A stretch of 64,000 nucleotides of DNA from Clostridia bacterium (lineage in GTDB: Bacteria; Bacillota; Clostridia; Christensenellales; Aristaeellaceae): NCBI GenBank assembly GCA_036645955.1, contig JAVXND010000002.1, forward strand, positions 36,845 through 100,844, given 5' to 3'. A program made the position numbers and the translations under genes. Below the pieces are notes generated by a model that saw only the letters and a program-made list of their open reading frames with translations, made no database searches and was not told the DNA's origin. The stretch's first letter is position 1, and each line of letters starts with the position of its first letter. Shown piece after piece: positions 27,880 through 37,503 of this stretch.

Positions 27880-28350
27880 CTATACCGTTAAATCCGCAAG
27901 GGTAAAAGGAACAACTTGCACTAGATGCGTTAGGCTCATTTCTACCTGACAACCCAATTTGCCTGCGCTGAAAACGATGGTATCAAACAGCTCGGCCGTT
28001 TCATCAATCACGGTTGGAAAGGCTTTTTTCATACCGATGGGGGAACAGCCGCCGTGAATATAGCCAGTGAGAGGGAGCAGCTCCTTGCTCTTGAGCATTT
28101 CAATGCTTTTTTCGTGCACAGCGGCGGCGGCTTTTTTAAGAGACAGCTCTTGTGCAACAGGAATGACAAATACGTAGACATGCTTTGATGCGCCCAGGGT
28201 GACCAAGGTTTTAAACACATGGGCAGGGTCGTGTTGTATAAGCGCGGCTACCTCGGTGCCGCTAAGCGCTGTGGGGGATGGATAGTGGTAGGCGTGATAG
28301 GGTAGCTTTTTAAGCTCCAAAACACGCATTACGTTGGTTTTATCATCCAA
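27880..28350 (-). CDS. ybaK: YbaK/EbsC-family Cys-tRNA(Pro)/aminoacyl-tRNA deacylase
   Basis: KTNVMRVLE..., GGCSPIG and VFSAGKLG motifs. Start set to TTG 28350 (GAAGG 7 nt upstream, 156 aa). The longer ORF to 28443 would overlap the upstream gene. Confidence 0.8.
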   Translation of the reverse strand: MDDKTNVMRVLELKKLPYHAYHYPSPTALSGTEVAALIQHDPAHVFKTLVTLGASKHVYVFVIPVAQELSLKKAAAAVHEKSIEMLKSKELLPLTGYIHGGCSPIGMKKAFPTVIDETAELFDTIVFSAGKLGCQVEMSLTHLVQVVPFTLADLTV

Positions 28351-28378
28351 GCAAAGGCCTTCTTTATGAAATGAATGG

Positions 28379-30166
28379 TTAGTTTTGGGCGGGCTCGTCG
28401 GTTGCCGCAGGTGCATCAGACGGTATGGCTTTTGTGGGCGCACCGCACTTTAAGCATGGCTTGAGGTGGTGCTCCTTGTTAAATTCGGCAAGCTCATCGT
28501 AGGTGAAGCTACCTGTAAGCGGCAAAAACTCTTTTTTAATGCTGGAGCATTCGGGATCAACATGGTAGAAGGTACCGCCGTCCGCGTTGTAGTAGAGAAT
28601 GGTGCTTCCAGGCGGTACTGGGGTTACGGTGGTACGAGGCGCGGGGGTCATTAACCCGCCTGCATTGACGTTGTTTACAACGTTTTCATCATTTTGAGGA
28701 AGCTCGTCGTTTGTGGCAAGTGAATTGGGATCTACATACCAATCCCCGCCTTCTTTCACCATCAGTACCATGAAACGGTAAACGGTAGGATCTTTGCCGT
28801 TGTTTTTATTGATGGTTGCACTCATGGTAACGGTACGGCTGCTATCATCGTCGGTGCCTGAAATGTCCTCTATGGTAAAGTCCTCAGGGGTACGGTTTGC
28901 CAGTACAATAAAGAGCTGGGAGGATGGCGAATCTTGTGCGCTTGCCCAACTTGGCTGAACATAGCTGACCATTTCAGGGGTGTTGTTTCCCTGCCACAGC
29001 GTCATAAACTCGGTTAAACGCTGTTCTGCGGCAGAAGGGCCGAGGTTCATGGGGCCTGGCGTGGGTTCTGCCGGTGCTTGGGTTTCGGGAACCATGCCGC
29101 CTAGCTCCGATTGGGGGTTTTGCGTAGCCTGCGCATAAGCGGGCTGATCGTTTCTACCGCCCAAATGCTTTGCATCCTGAGCGCCCTGAAGCATCATGGC
29201 GATGGTGACAATGCAAAGCGCTACGTAAACACCGCTCACAATCAAACGCGTGATCGGCGTAAACATTTGGCGAACCCACATGCCGCCTAGGCCGCATACG
29301 GTAAGCACCATAAAAGCATATCTAAGAAAATCCAAGCTATTGGGCACAAACAGGCAGGGTATGAACAGCAAGGGAAGCAATCCAAATAGAAAAACAGTCC
29401 AAAGCTTGTTTGCATCCATGGGAGGACGTTCCCTTGGCTGAACGGGGGTGCGAACATTATACAGGGGCTGCTGCTGCATTCCGTTCATTTGAGGCATGGG
29501 TTGAAAAAGCGGAGCCGATGGTTGAGAAGCTTGCAAACCCATTCCCTGCGGGTTGATGGGCATGGCCTGCGGCTGACCCTGCGGGGATTGCATGTTTGGA
29601 AAGAAAACAGGCGCATGGTTTGTACCGCCTGAAAATGCGGCGGCTTGCACGTTGGGGCGTGCTGGCTGTGAATTTTGCTGTATGGGTTGCTGTGCCATGG
29701 GAGGTACATAGCCCTGCGAACGCGGAGAAAACCCGTCGCTTGCAGGATTGATAGGCGGTGCGCTGTTGCCTAAGGGGTTTGACAGGCCGTTTGGCTGCAT
29801 TTGAAAAGGAGGAGGCATGCCATTTTGAAAGGGCATGGAAACAGGCGGCTGTTGAAAATTCATGAATTGAGGAGGGGTAAAAGACATGGGGGTGGTTTGC
29901 TGCATGGGCGGCATGGCTGTATTGGATGAAAAATACGGCGGAGCGGGATAAGGATTGGTTGGGATGGAAAACGGCATTGGCTGAAAATTTGTCCCCTGCG
30001 CAACGGAAAAAAGCGATTGGGGAGGCAACGAAGAAAAGGGGTCCGGTGCTTGAGAAAAATCAGGCGATTCCGGAGCTTTTGATTGATTGGCTGGTTTTTT
30101 TAAAAATCCACGCTTTTGCATGCCATAAGTGGGAGTGGAGGCATATTTCATGCGGTTTGCGTTCAT
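28379..30166 (-). CDS. Membrane protein with ~230-aa P/Q/M/N-rich disordered N-terminus, 3 TM segments and an extracytoplasmic C-terminal domain
   Basis: RBS AAGGAG with a 7-nt spacer. There is an extreme low-complexity region (PPMQQTTPMSFTPPQFMNFQQPPVSMPFQNGMPPPFQMQP...). TM segments occur around LWTVFLFGLLPLLFIPCLFV. The C-terminal string is YHVDPEC...KPCLKCGAP. Confidence 0.7.
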   Translation of the reverse strand: MNANRMKYASTPTYGMQKRGFLKKPANQSKAPESPDFSQAPDPFSSLPPQSLFSVAQGTNFQPMPFSIPTNPYPAPPYFSSNTAMPPMQQTTPMSFTPPQFMNFQQPPVSMPFQNGMPPPFQMQPNGLSNPLGNSAPPINPASDGFSPRSQGYVPPMAQQPIQQNSQPARPNVQAAAFSGGTNHAPVFFPNMQSPQGQPQAMPINPQGMGLQASQPSAPLFQPMPQMNGMQQQPLYNVRTPVQPRERPPMDANKLWTVFLFGLLPLLFIPCLFVPNSLDFLRYAFMVLTVCGLGGMWVRQMFTPITRLIVSGVYVALCIVTIAMMLQGAQDAKHLGGRNDQPAYAQATQNPQSELGGMVPETQAPAEPTPGPMNLGPSAAEQRLTEFMTLWQGNNTPEMVSYVQPSWASAQDSPSSQLFIVLANRTPEDFTIEDISGTDDDSSRTVTMSATINKNNGKDPTVYRFMVLMVKEGGDWYVDPNSLATNDELPQNDENVVNNVNAGGLMTPAPRTTVTPVPPGSTILYYNADGGTFYHVDPECSSIKKEFLPLTGSFTYDELAEFNKEHHLKPCLKCGAPTKAIPSDAPAATDEPAQN

Positions 30167-30436
30167 GCTACATCTCCTTGCGTGACCATAAGTGCGGTGC
30201 TAAAAGAATGCGCCGTGCGCAAACTCTTTTCTATTATAACACATAATGAGCTTTTGTAAACATTTAAGACCTTTGCCGCAAAAGCCAAAAGAAAGAAAAA
30301 CAAAAATGGAAAACCTTTGATGAATGAGTTGCGCAATTGAGTGCAATCATGTATAATTACCGTGACCTGTTATACATGCGTATTGCGGGTCAGCATTGTG
30401 GGCGGTTTTCCGCCGCGCAAGGAGGCAAAGAACAAC

Positions 30437-30787
30437 ATGGAATGCAAAATCAAGAACGACATAGGCACAATCTACATCACAGAAGATGTGATGCTCAAAG
30501 TGGTAGGCTATGCCGCACTGGAATGCTACGGCATTGTTGCTATGTCCAGCAAGCGCGCCAAGGATGGCTTGGTGCAGTGGCTTGGCCGCGAAAACCTATC
30601 CAAGGGCGTACAGCTTCGATTGGTGGATGATATGCTGGACGTTGAGCTATTCATCATCGTTGAATACGGGATCTCTATTGCAGAGGTTTGCAAGACCATC
30701 GTGGAAACGGTGCGCTACAAGCTTGAAAGCATGACGGGTGTCAAGGTTCGTCGCGTAAACATCTCCGTTGAGGGCGTTCGCGTCTAA
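30437..30787 (+). CDS. Asp23/Gls24-family envelope stress protein (YloU-like)
   Basis: GTIYITEDVMLKVVGYAALECYGIV... is typical of Asp23. Start is ATG 30437 after AAGGAGG. The yloU-yloV-recG gene order is conserved. Confidence 0.85.
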   Translation: MECKIKNDIGTIYITEDVMLKVVGYAALECYGIVAMSSKRAKDGLVQWLGRENLSKGVQLRLVDDMLDVELFIIVEYGISIAEVCKTIVETVRYKLESMTGVKVRRVNISVEGVRV

Positions 30788-30814
30788 TACTAGCGTGTCG
30801 GGAGGAAGAAACCT

Positions 30815-32467
30815 TTGATTCAGACCAAGACAATCGATGGTGTGCTGCTGCGCGACATGGTGGTTACGGGCGCAGCCATGCTTGAAAAGAACCGTGAAGC
30901 GGTTGATGCACTGAATGTTTTCCCCGTGCCAGATGGTGATACTGGAACCAATATGAGCCTAACCATGATGTCGGCTACAAAAGAAGTCACTGCCAAGGAG
31001 TTTTTAAGCGCAGGCGAAACGGCTGACGCTGTAGCCAAGGGCGCACTCAAGGGCGCTCGCGGTAACAGCGGCGTTATTACGTCTCAGCTGTATCGCGGCT
31101 TTGCGCGCTCATTGGAGGGCATTGACCGCATTACCCCGCAGCAGTTTGCGGCGGCGCTGAAAAGCGGTGCTGAAACTGCATACAAAGCAGTCATGAAGCC
31201 CAAAGAGGGTACCATCCTTACCGTGGCTCGTGTGATTGCGGAAGAAGCTGTGAAGCAAGCGGAGCGTGCGCCTGATGATTATGACGCATTTTTTCAAAAC
31301 ATTCTTACCACAGGCGATGCGATCCTTAAAAAAACACAGCAGATGCTGCCCGCGCTTACGCAAGCAGGGGTAGTGGATGCCGGTGGACGCGGTCTTTTGC
31401 TCATTTACATGGGCTATGCGGCTTGCCTTCGCGGAGAAGAGGTTCCCACCGAAAAAATGGACTTTTCAGCAGACGGAGAAGTAACCTTTGATGATGATCA
31501 CGATTCAATTGGTGAAATTGAATTTGCCTATTGCACGGAGTTCTTGATTCAAAATTTGTTTCCCGATATTCTGGAAGAGGACGTTGATTCCTTCCGCCGC
31601 CGCTTGAACCGCATTGGCGATTGCGTGCTGGTGGTGGGCGACCTGAGCCTTGTCAAGGTTCACGTACACACAAACGAGCCAAGCAAGGCATTGGAATATG
31701 GTTTAAGCTTGGGCGAGCTGGTGAATTTGAAGATTGAAAACATGGTGCAGCAGCGCCGCGACCATCAATCCGAAGCGGCTGAAAAAGCCGCCGCCATTAC
31801 TCCCGAAAAGGAATTTGGGATGGTGGCTGTTTCACTAGGCGAGGGCTTTAACCACATCTTTGCAGACCTGACAGTTGATCAGGTTGTGGAAGGTGGACAA
31901 ACCATGAACCCCAGCATTGAGGACTTGTTTGAGGCCATTCAAAAAACCCATGCAAAAACGGTTTTTGTATTGCCAAACAACGGCAATGTGATTTTGGCCG
32001 CACAGCAAGCGGCTGAAATTTGTGAGGACAAAAAGGTCTTTGTCATTCCCACCAAAAATGTTGCCATGGGAATTGCGGCGGCTGTAGCCTTTCAACCCGA
32101 TCAGAGCGCGCAGGACATTGCCGCGCATATGGACGAAGCGGCGCAACGCGTGCGCACTGGCTCCGTAACCTATGCGGTTCGCGATACAGACATGGATTCT
32201 CTGCATATCAAAGAGGGCGATATCATCGGCCTTTACAATGGCAAAATCCAAACCGTTGGCAGCAGCATTCACGATGTAACGCGCGACCTCATGAAAGACA
32301 TTGTCACAAGCGACGACGAACTCATTACCGTGTATTATGGCAAGGATATTCACGAGGCAGACGCCCAAGCGTTAACAGATGAGCTGACAGGCATGTATGG
32401 CGACTGTGATGTTGAAATGCAAATGGGCGGCCAACCGCTATACTATTACTTGGTGTCTGTGGAATAA
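30815..32467 (+). CDS. yloV: DAK2-domain protein YloV (DegV/Dak fusion family)
   Basis: NVFPVPDGDTGTNM and KGARGNSGVI (Dak2 motifs). TTG start follows GGGAGGAAG. Confidence 0.88.
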   Translation: MIQTKTIDGVLLRDMVVTGAAMLEKNREAVDALNVFPVPDGDTGTNMSLTMMSATKEVTAKEFLSAGETADAVAKGALKGARGNSGVITSQLYRGFARSLEGIDRITPQQFAAALKSGAETAYKAVMKPKEGTILTVARVIAEEAVKQAERAPDDYDAFFQNILTTGDAILKKTQQMLPALTQAGVVDAGGRGLLLIYMGYAACLRGEEVPTEKMDFSADGEVTFDDDHDSIGEIEFAYCTEFLIQNLFPDILEEDVDSFRRRLNRIGDCVLVVGDLSLVKVHVHTNEPSKALEYGLSLGELVNLKIENMVQQRRDHQSEAAEKAAAITPEKEFGMVAVSLGEGFNHIFADLTVDQVVEGGQTMNPSIEDLFEAIQKTHAKTVFVLPNNGNVILAAQQAAEICEDKKVFVIPTKNVAMGIAAAVAFQPDQSAQDIAAHMDEAAQRVRTGSVTYAVRDTDMDSLHIKEGDIIGLYNGKIQTVGSSIHDVTRDLMKDIVTSDDELITVYYGKDIHEADAQALTDELTGMYGDCDVEMQMGGQPLYYYLVSVE

Positions 32468-32496
32468 ACTTGTGCTTCCAAGAGGATGACTAGAAA

Positions 32497-34524
32497 ATGC
32501 AGCTTTCAGAACTGACAGGTGTTGGCAAAAAAAGATTGGAAGCCTTACACGCAGCGGGAATTTACTCGTTGCGTGATCTTTTATATACCGTTCCATGTAA
32601 ATATAAGGATGTAAGCACCACCACCACCATTGCGCAGGCAACGGTGGGGCAGCGCGTGGGTCTTTGCTTGCTAAGGCAAGGGGAAGCAAAGCTTGCGCGA
32701 TTTGGCAAAAACGCAAGAGTCACCTGCACCTTTACAGACGCTACGGGACAGATTTTGGCTTGCTGGTTCAATCAACCGTGGATGCGTGAAAACCTGAATC
32801 AGCGGACACGCGTAACCCTTTTTGGTACGGTAGAGCAATATGCCAATCAAAAAAAACTCAATAACCCAAGCATTGAAACAGAACAGCGCATTGTGCCGCT
32901 GTACGCACCCATTGAGGGCTTGCCTCAAAAAACACATAGAAGCATGGCTTTGCAAGCCCTTGCAGAGGTGGAAAACCTATGTGCGGAGCGCTTGCCTTCC
33001 GGGCTTTGCGAGCGGCATCAGCTATGGCCTTGCGCACGCGCCATTTCCGCCTTGCATGCGCCTCAAAGCATGGAGGAGGTCGCTTGTGCGCAAAGGCGCT
33101 TTGCTTTTGAACAAATGCTTTTGTACCAAGCCTCTGTGCGCATGATGAAAGACCTTCGAAAGCAAAGCCACCCATTTCATTATCAGGCGGAAACCTTGGA
33201 AGCCTATTGGCAAACGCTGCCCTTTGCACCGACTGCCGCACAGCGCCGCACCCTTTTGGAAATTGCGCGGGACATGAACAAACCCATTGCGATGGCGCGT
33301 ATGGTGCAAGGCGATGTGGGAAGCGGAAAAACCGCCATTGCAATGGGCGCAATGCTCCTGTGTGCAATGGCTGGTTTTCAAAGCGCACTCATGGCGCCTA
33401 CTGAAATATTGGCGCGTCAGCATTATGAGGGAATGAAAGGGTATTTTGAAAAGCAAGGCTTTGCTTGCGGCTTGTTGGTGGGGGGCATGCCTGCGAAGGA
33501 AAGGCGAGAAGCCTTGCAAAGCATAGCAAGCGGAGCTTGGCAGGTTGTGATTGGCACACATGCCTTGATTAGTAAAAAAGTGAATTATCTGCGCCTTGGC
33601 CTTTGCGTAACCGATGAACAGCATCGCTTTGGTGTGGCACAACGGGCGGCGCTTACCAACAAAGGCACAATGGAAAGCGGCCAAGGGCCATGTGCGCCGC
33701 ATTTGCTGGTAATGTCTGCCACACCCATACCGCGGTCGCTTGCATTGATTTTATTCGGCGATTTGGATTTGTCCTTGGTGGATGAACTGCCGCCTGGGCG
33801 CTTGCCTGTTTCTACGCGCATTGTAAGCGAAGAAAAGCGCGAGGGCATGTATGGTTTTGTTCGCAAAGAGCTTTTAGCAGGAAGACAGGCCTATTTTGTC
33901 TGCCCGCTTGTGGAGGAAAGCGAAGAAGGGGACAGCCTCAAAGCCGCCAAGGCACATGCAAAGCTGCTGGGAGAGGGGCCGCTCAAGAGCTTTACTGTTG
34001 GCTTAACCTACGGAGGTCAGCCCACCGCTGAAAAACAGGAAACGCTTCATGCCTTTATGGCAGGGGAGCTTCAAGTGCTTGTGGCAACCACGGTGATTGA
34101 GGTGGGCGTGAATGTGCCCAACGTCTCCTTGATGGTGATTGAAGATGCGGATCGTTTTGGATTGGCACAGCTTCACCAGCTTCGCGGGCGCGTTGGGCGA
34201 GGAACGGCACAAAGCTGGTGCTTTTTACTTTCACAGCCCAACGAAAGACTGCGCACCCTTGTTTCCACCAACGATGGCTTTGAGGTGGCCAAGGCGGATT
34301 TAGACCTGCGCGGCCCAGGAGAGCTGTTGGGAACGCGCCAGCATGGGCAGGAGCAGGCGCTTGGCGGCGGCGCGGCCTTTGGAAGCATGCCGCTTTTGTA
34401 TGAAGCGGCGCAGTGTGCGGAAAACCTACAGCAGGAGCCCGCTCTCGCAGGCGAATGGGAGCAGGTGAAGCTTTTGGCAAGCGAGCTTGTGCATACCATG
34501 AGCGATCGCATTTCCATTAGTTAA
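32497..34524 (+). CDS. recG: ATP-dependent DNA helicase RecG
   Basis: Wedge-domain N-terminus, helicase motif I GDVGSGKT, DEQHRFG, SATPIPR, and QLHQLRGRVGRG. Confidence 0.93.
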   Translation: MQLSELTGVGKKRLEALHAAGIYSLRDLLYTVPCKYKDVSTTTTIAQATVGQRVGLCLLRQGEAKLARFGKNARVTCTFTDATGQILACWFNQPWMRENLNQRTRVTLFGTVEQYANQKKLNNPSIETEQRIVPLYAPIEGLPQKTHRSMALQALAEVENLCAERLPSGLCERHQLWPCARAISALHAPQSMEEVACAQRRFAFEQMLLYQASVRMMKDLRKQSHPFHYQAETLEAYWQTLPFAPTAAQRRTLLEIARDMNKPIAMARMVQGDVGSGKTAIAMGAMLLCAMAGFQSALMAPTEILARQHYEGMKGYFEKQGFACGLLVGGMPAKERREALQSIASGAWQVVIGTHALISKKVNYLRLGLCVTDEQHRFGVAQRAALTNKGTMESGQGPCAPHLLVMSATPIPRSLALILFGDLDLSLVDELPPGRLPVSTRIVSEEKREGMYGFVRKELLAGRQAYFVCPLVEESEEGDSLKAAKAHAKLLGEGPLKSFTVGLTYGGQPTAEKQETLHAFMAGELQVLVATTVIEVGVNVPNVSLMVIEDADRFGLAQLHQLRGRVGRGTAQSWCFLLSQPNERLRTLVSTNDGFEVAKADLDLRGPGELLGTRQHGQEQALGGGAAFGSMPLLYEAAQCAENLQQEPALAGEWEQVKLLASELVHTMSDRISIS

Positions 34525-34578
34525 TGGGCGTGTGGCTTGGATGCACGAAAATGTGCTGTTGACATCCGTATCAAACCA

Positions 34579-34607
34579 TTGAAAAATGTGATGCAAAGCG
34601 CTACAAT
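34579..34607 (+). promoter_or_regulatory. Sigma-A-type promoter upstream of trmL
   Basis: TTGAAA, a 17-nt spacer, then TACAAT. Confidence 0.55.
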
Positions 34608-34637
34608 AATAAGGACGCTAATAAGGAGGCAAAAACG

Positions 34638-35153
34638 ATGCACATTGTGCTTTATCAGCCGGAAATTCCGCAAAATACGGGCAATATTGCAAGAACCTGC
34701 GCCGCTACGGGCAGCACGCTTCATTTGATCAAGCCCTTGGGCTTTTCATTGGAGGATAAATACTTAAAAAGAGCGGGCTTGGATTATTGGAACATGATGC
34801 AGTATCATGTGTACGACAGTGTAGAGGAGCTGCTTGCGCTTTATCCGCAAGCGCATATGCATTTTTTATCCACCAAAGCACCCCATAGCTATACGGAAGC
34901 AAGCTATCAAAAGGATGATTTTTTGGTTTTTGGATGCGAAACCAAGGGCTTGCCAGAAAGCTTGCTTCAAAGGGTTTATGACCGCTGTTTGCGCATTCCC
35001 ATGGTCGCGGGTGCAAGAAGCCTGAATTTGAGCAATTCTGTGGCCATTGTGCTGTACGAAGCCTTGCGCACGCTTGATTTTCCTGATATGTGCGCCATGG
35101 GAAGCCTTACAGGCCGAGAAGATGAAGCCTCCCCATGGATGGATTATGTCTGA
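34638..35153 (+). CDS. trmL: tRNA (cytidine/uridine-34 2'-O)-methyltransferase TrmL (SpoU/TrmH family)
   Basis: MHIVLYQPEIPQNTGNIARTC..., FGCETKGLP and RSLNLSNSVAIVLYE. Confidence 0.88.
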   Translation: MHIVLYQPEIPQNTGNIARTCAATGSTLHLIKPLGFSLEDKYLKRAGLDYWNMMQYHVYDSVEELLALYPQAHMHFLSTKAPHSYTEASYQKDDFLVFGCETKGLPESLLQRVYDRCLRIPMVAGARSLNLSNSVAIVLYEALRTLDFPDMCAMGSLTGREDEASPWMDYV

Positions 35154-35187
35154 TGTGCCGTTAGCTTTGTGAAAGGGATGATAAAGC

Positions 35188-35547
35188 TTGAATCAACAGC
35201 AAACACAACGTTATCAACTGCCAGAGCAAGAGGAAAACGAACCAATACAGCTCAATGAGGCGCTGGAACCCTATGATACAAACGATTTGAATGCTCCGCT
35301 GGCATATGGCGAATATGCCCAAGAGGATTACGATGAAGGCTATATCGGCGAGGAATATTCCGATGCACACGAGGCGTTTGAGGTGAATGGCCGCTTTAAG
35401 GTGGCCATGGGTGTGTTTGATACTGTGAGCATACTTGTGGGCGTTCTGGTGATTTTTGCGCTGGTTGCATTGCTTTTAAGCTTGCTCAACTGGCTGCGTT
35501 CCGACATCATGCATTCGGTTTTGCTCATCCAAACAGGCTTGCAATAA
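35188..35547 (+). CDS. Hypothetical small protein, acidic N-terminus + C-terminal TM helix
   Basis: ORF with a plausible RBS, a D/E-rich first 70 aa, and the TM segment VSILVGVLVIFALVALLLSLL. No family was recognised. Confidence 0.5.
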   Translation: MNQQQTQRYQLPEQEENEPIQLNEALEPYDTNDLNAPLAYGEYAQEDYDEGYIGEEYSDAHEAFEVNGRFKVAMGVFDTVSILVGVLVIFALVALLLSLLNWLRSDIMHSVLLIQTGLQ

Positions 35548-35579
35548 AACGAAAGGCAGCAAAGGGGGCGAAAAAGCAG

Positions 35580-36167
35580 ATGCGTATTTCATGGGCACAG
35601 CTTACACATGATATAGAGTGCTGTGAGCGATGCGGCCTGTGTGCAGGATGCACGCAGAAGGTGGCGGGTCAGGGTGATTTGCATGCGCCGCTCATGCTGA
35701 TTGGCGAAGGTCCGGGTGAGCAGGAGGACAAGCAAGGGCTGGCCTTTGTAGGCCCAGCAGGGCAGCTGTTGACCAAAATGCTTACCGCCATTGACCTGCC
35801 GCGCGAGGCTGTATACATTTGCAATGTTGTCAAATGCAGACCGCCGCATAATCGCCAGCCGCTGCCTGAGGAGATGGCGGCTTGCTTGCCGCATTTGCGG
35901 GCACAGGTGGCGCTTGTGAAGCCGCGCGTGATTTTGCTCCTGGGCGCAACGGCGGTTTCGGCAGTGTTAGGAGCGGAATATCGCATTACACGCTGCCATG
36001 GGCAGTGGTTTGAACGGAAGCAATGCGATCTGATCGCCACATACCACCCTTCCGCATTGCTCAGAGATGAGAGCAAGAAGCGCGATGCTTGGCATGATTT
36101 AAAGCTTGTGAAGCAAAAGCTCATTCAAAACAATCTTTACCCCGAGTTTATGAAGGAGGCTCCTTGA
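35580..36167 (+). CDS. Uracil-DNA glycosylase, family 4 (Fe-S type)
   Basis: N-terminal CERCGLC...C cysteines; GEGPGEQEDKQGLAFVGPAGQLL (motif A); CNVVKCRPP; HPSALLR (motif B). Confidence 0.88.
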   Translation: MRISWAQLTHDIECCERCGLCAGCTQKVAGQGDLHAPLMLIGEGPGEQEDKQGLAFVGPAGQLLTKMLTAIDLPREAVYICNVVKCRPPHNRQPLPEEMAACLPHLRAQVALVKPRVILLLGATAVSAVLGAEYRITRCHGQWFERKQCDLIATYHPSALLRDESKKRDAWHDLKLVKQKLIQNNLYPEFMKEAP

Positions 36168-36787
36168 TGCAGGCAATTGAACACTTTTCTATGGAATGCT
36201 CCGCTTTTTTTGAAAAATTGAGCACGGGCGGTCAAAAACCGCTTGTGTTCGGTGACGGACTTGCACAAAGCCCTGTTTTGATGCTGATCGGCGAAGCGCC
36301 TGGTGAGCAGGAAACCTTGCAAGGCAAGCCTTTTGTAGGCAAGGCGGGCAAGAACCTAGACGAGTTTTTAGAAGCCTTGCATTTGCGGCGTGAGGAAATA
36401 TATATTTCCAATGTTGTGAAGCTGCGCCCCACCAAAGTAAGCGCCGCAGGGCGCACGGTCAATCGCCCGCCGTCGCTTGAGGAAAAAACGCTGTTTACGC
36501 CGTGGCTGATGCGCGAAATTGCAACGGTTAAGCCAGCCGCTTTGGTAACGCTGGGAAATGTTGCCCTGCAGGCCTTTATCAAGGATAGCATCGGGCATGT
36601 GCACGGAACGTGGAACCGTGCGGTGATTGCGCCGCCAAGCGATGCGGCATTTACACTGCCCTTGTTTGCGCTATATCACCCCGCCTCAGTCATTTATAAC
36701 CGTGCCTTGCGCGATACATATCTTGCAGACCTGTTCACGCTGGCAGACTCTCTCCGTGTAAAATCAAACATTCCCAGTGACATTTGA
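36167..36787 (+). CDS. Uracil-DNA glycosylase superfamily protein, family-4-like but without the N-terminal Cys cluster
   Basis: GEAPGEQETLQGKPFVGKAGKNL, NVVKLRP and YHPASVIYN. TGATG overlap with the upstream UDG; GAAGGAGG lies 7 nt upstream. Confidence 0.8.
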   Translation: MQAIEHFSMECSAFFEKLSTGGQKPLVFGDGLAQSPVLMLIGEAPGEQETLQGKPFVGKAGKNLDEFLEALHLRREEIYISNVVKLRPTKVSAAGRTVNRPPSLEEKTLFTPWLMREIATVKPAALVTLGNVALQAFIKDSIGHVHGTWNRAVIAPPSDAAFTLPLFALYHPASVIYNRALRDTYLADLFTLADSLRVKSNIPSDI

Positions 36788-36899
36788 ATGCCTGAAATGA
36801 AGGTTAGAAGTCCATTGGCAAGACAAGCCGCCCAGCATGTGATAGGATGAAGCTGTGAATAAAGGCCTGACGAGTTGGGCAACAGGAGGTTTTTCGGTT

Positions 36900-37406
36900 A
36901 TGGAAATGATTTTGGCAAATTTACCGATTTTGTTATGTTTTGTGCTGGGCATTGTACTGCTGATTATTGAAGTGTTTATGCCAGGCTTTGGACTTCCCGG
37001 TATTTCAGGGGTTTTGCTGGAGATTGCCGCCATTGTAATGACGTACCTTTGGCATGGCGGTTTGGCGGCGCTAGGGGTTACGCTGATTATTTTGGCTGTG
37101 ATAGCGCTGGTGATATCCCTTGCACTGCGCTCTGTGAATAAAGGGAAGCTCTCCAAGTCACCCATCATCCTAAACGCCTCTGAAAGCGCGGCGGAAGGGT
37201 TCAGCGCCACAAAGGACATGGAAGTGTTCCTTGGCAAAGAAGGCATCACCACCACCGTTTTGCGTCCCTCGGGCATGGCGGAATTTGACGGCGTGAAATT
37301 AAACGTGGTGGCAGACGGGGAGTATATTCCCCAAAATGTGCGCGTAAAGATAGACCACGTAGAAGGCGCTCGCGTGGTTGTGAGATTGCTGAAAGAAGCA
37401 AAATAG
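36900..37406 (+). CDS. NfeD-family membrane protein (YqeZ-like)
   Basis: MEMILANLPILLCFVLGIVLLIIEVFMPGFGLPGISG... TM bundle plus a C-terminal OB-like soluble domain (GMAEFDGVKLNVVADGEYI). Start is ATG 36900 after CAGGAGG. Confidence 0.82.
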   Translation: MEMILANLPILLCFVLGIVLLIIEVFMPGFGLPGISGVLLEIAAIVMTYLWHGGLAALGVTLIILAVIALVISLALRSVNKGKLSKSPIILNASESAAEGFSATKDMEVFLGKEGITTTVLRPSGMAEFDGVKLNVVADGEYIPQNVRVKIDHVEGARVVVRLLKEAK

Positions 37407-37503
37407 CGCCATGAAACAGGTATTCACCCGAGCTTGCGGGTAGGCAAGCAGGGAAATGCATATGAGAGGGGCAATTGCCCCAATGAAATGAGGGTGGAAT
37501 TTT

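Noticed and set aside
33022-33702. 226-aa minus-strand ORF inside recG; similarly the 228-aa ORF at 37666-38352 inside floA and the 177-aa ORF at 3463-3996 inside the glucan synthase gene.
   Set aside because: All overlap strongly supported genes in other frames or strands and show no recognisable motifs or translation signals.
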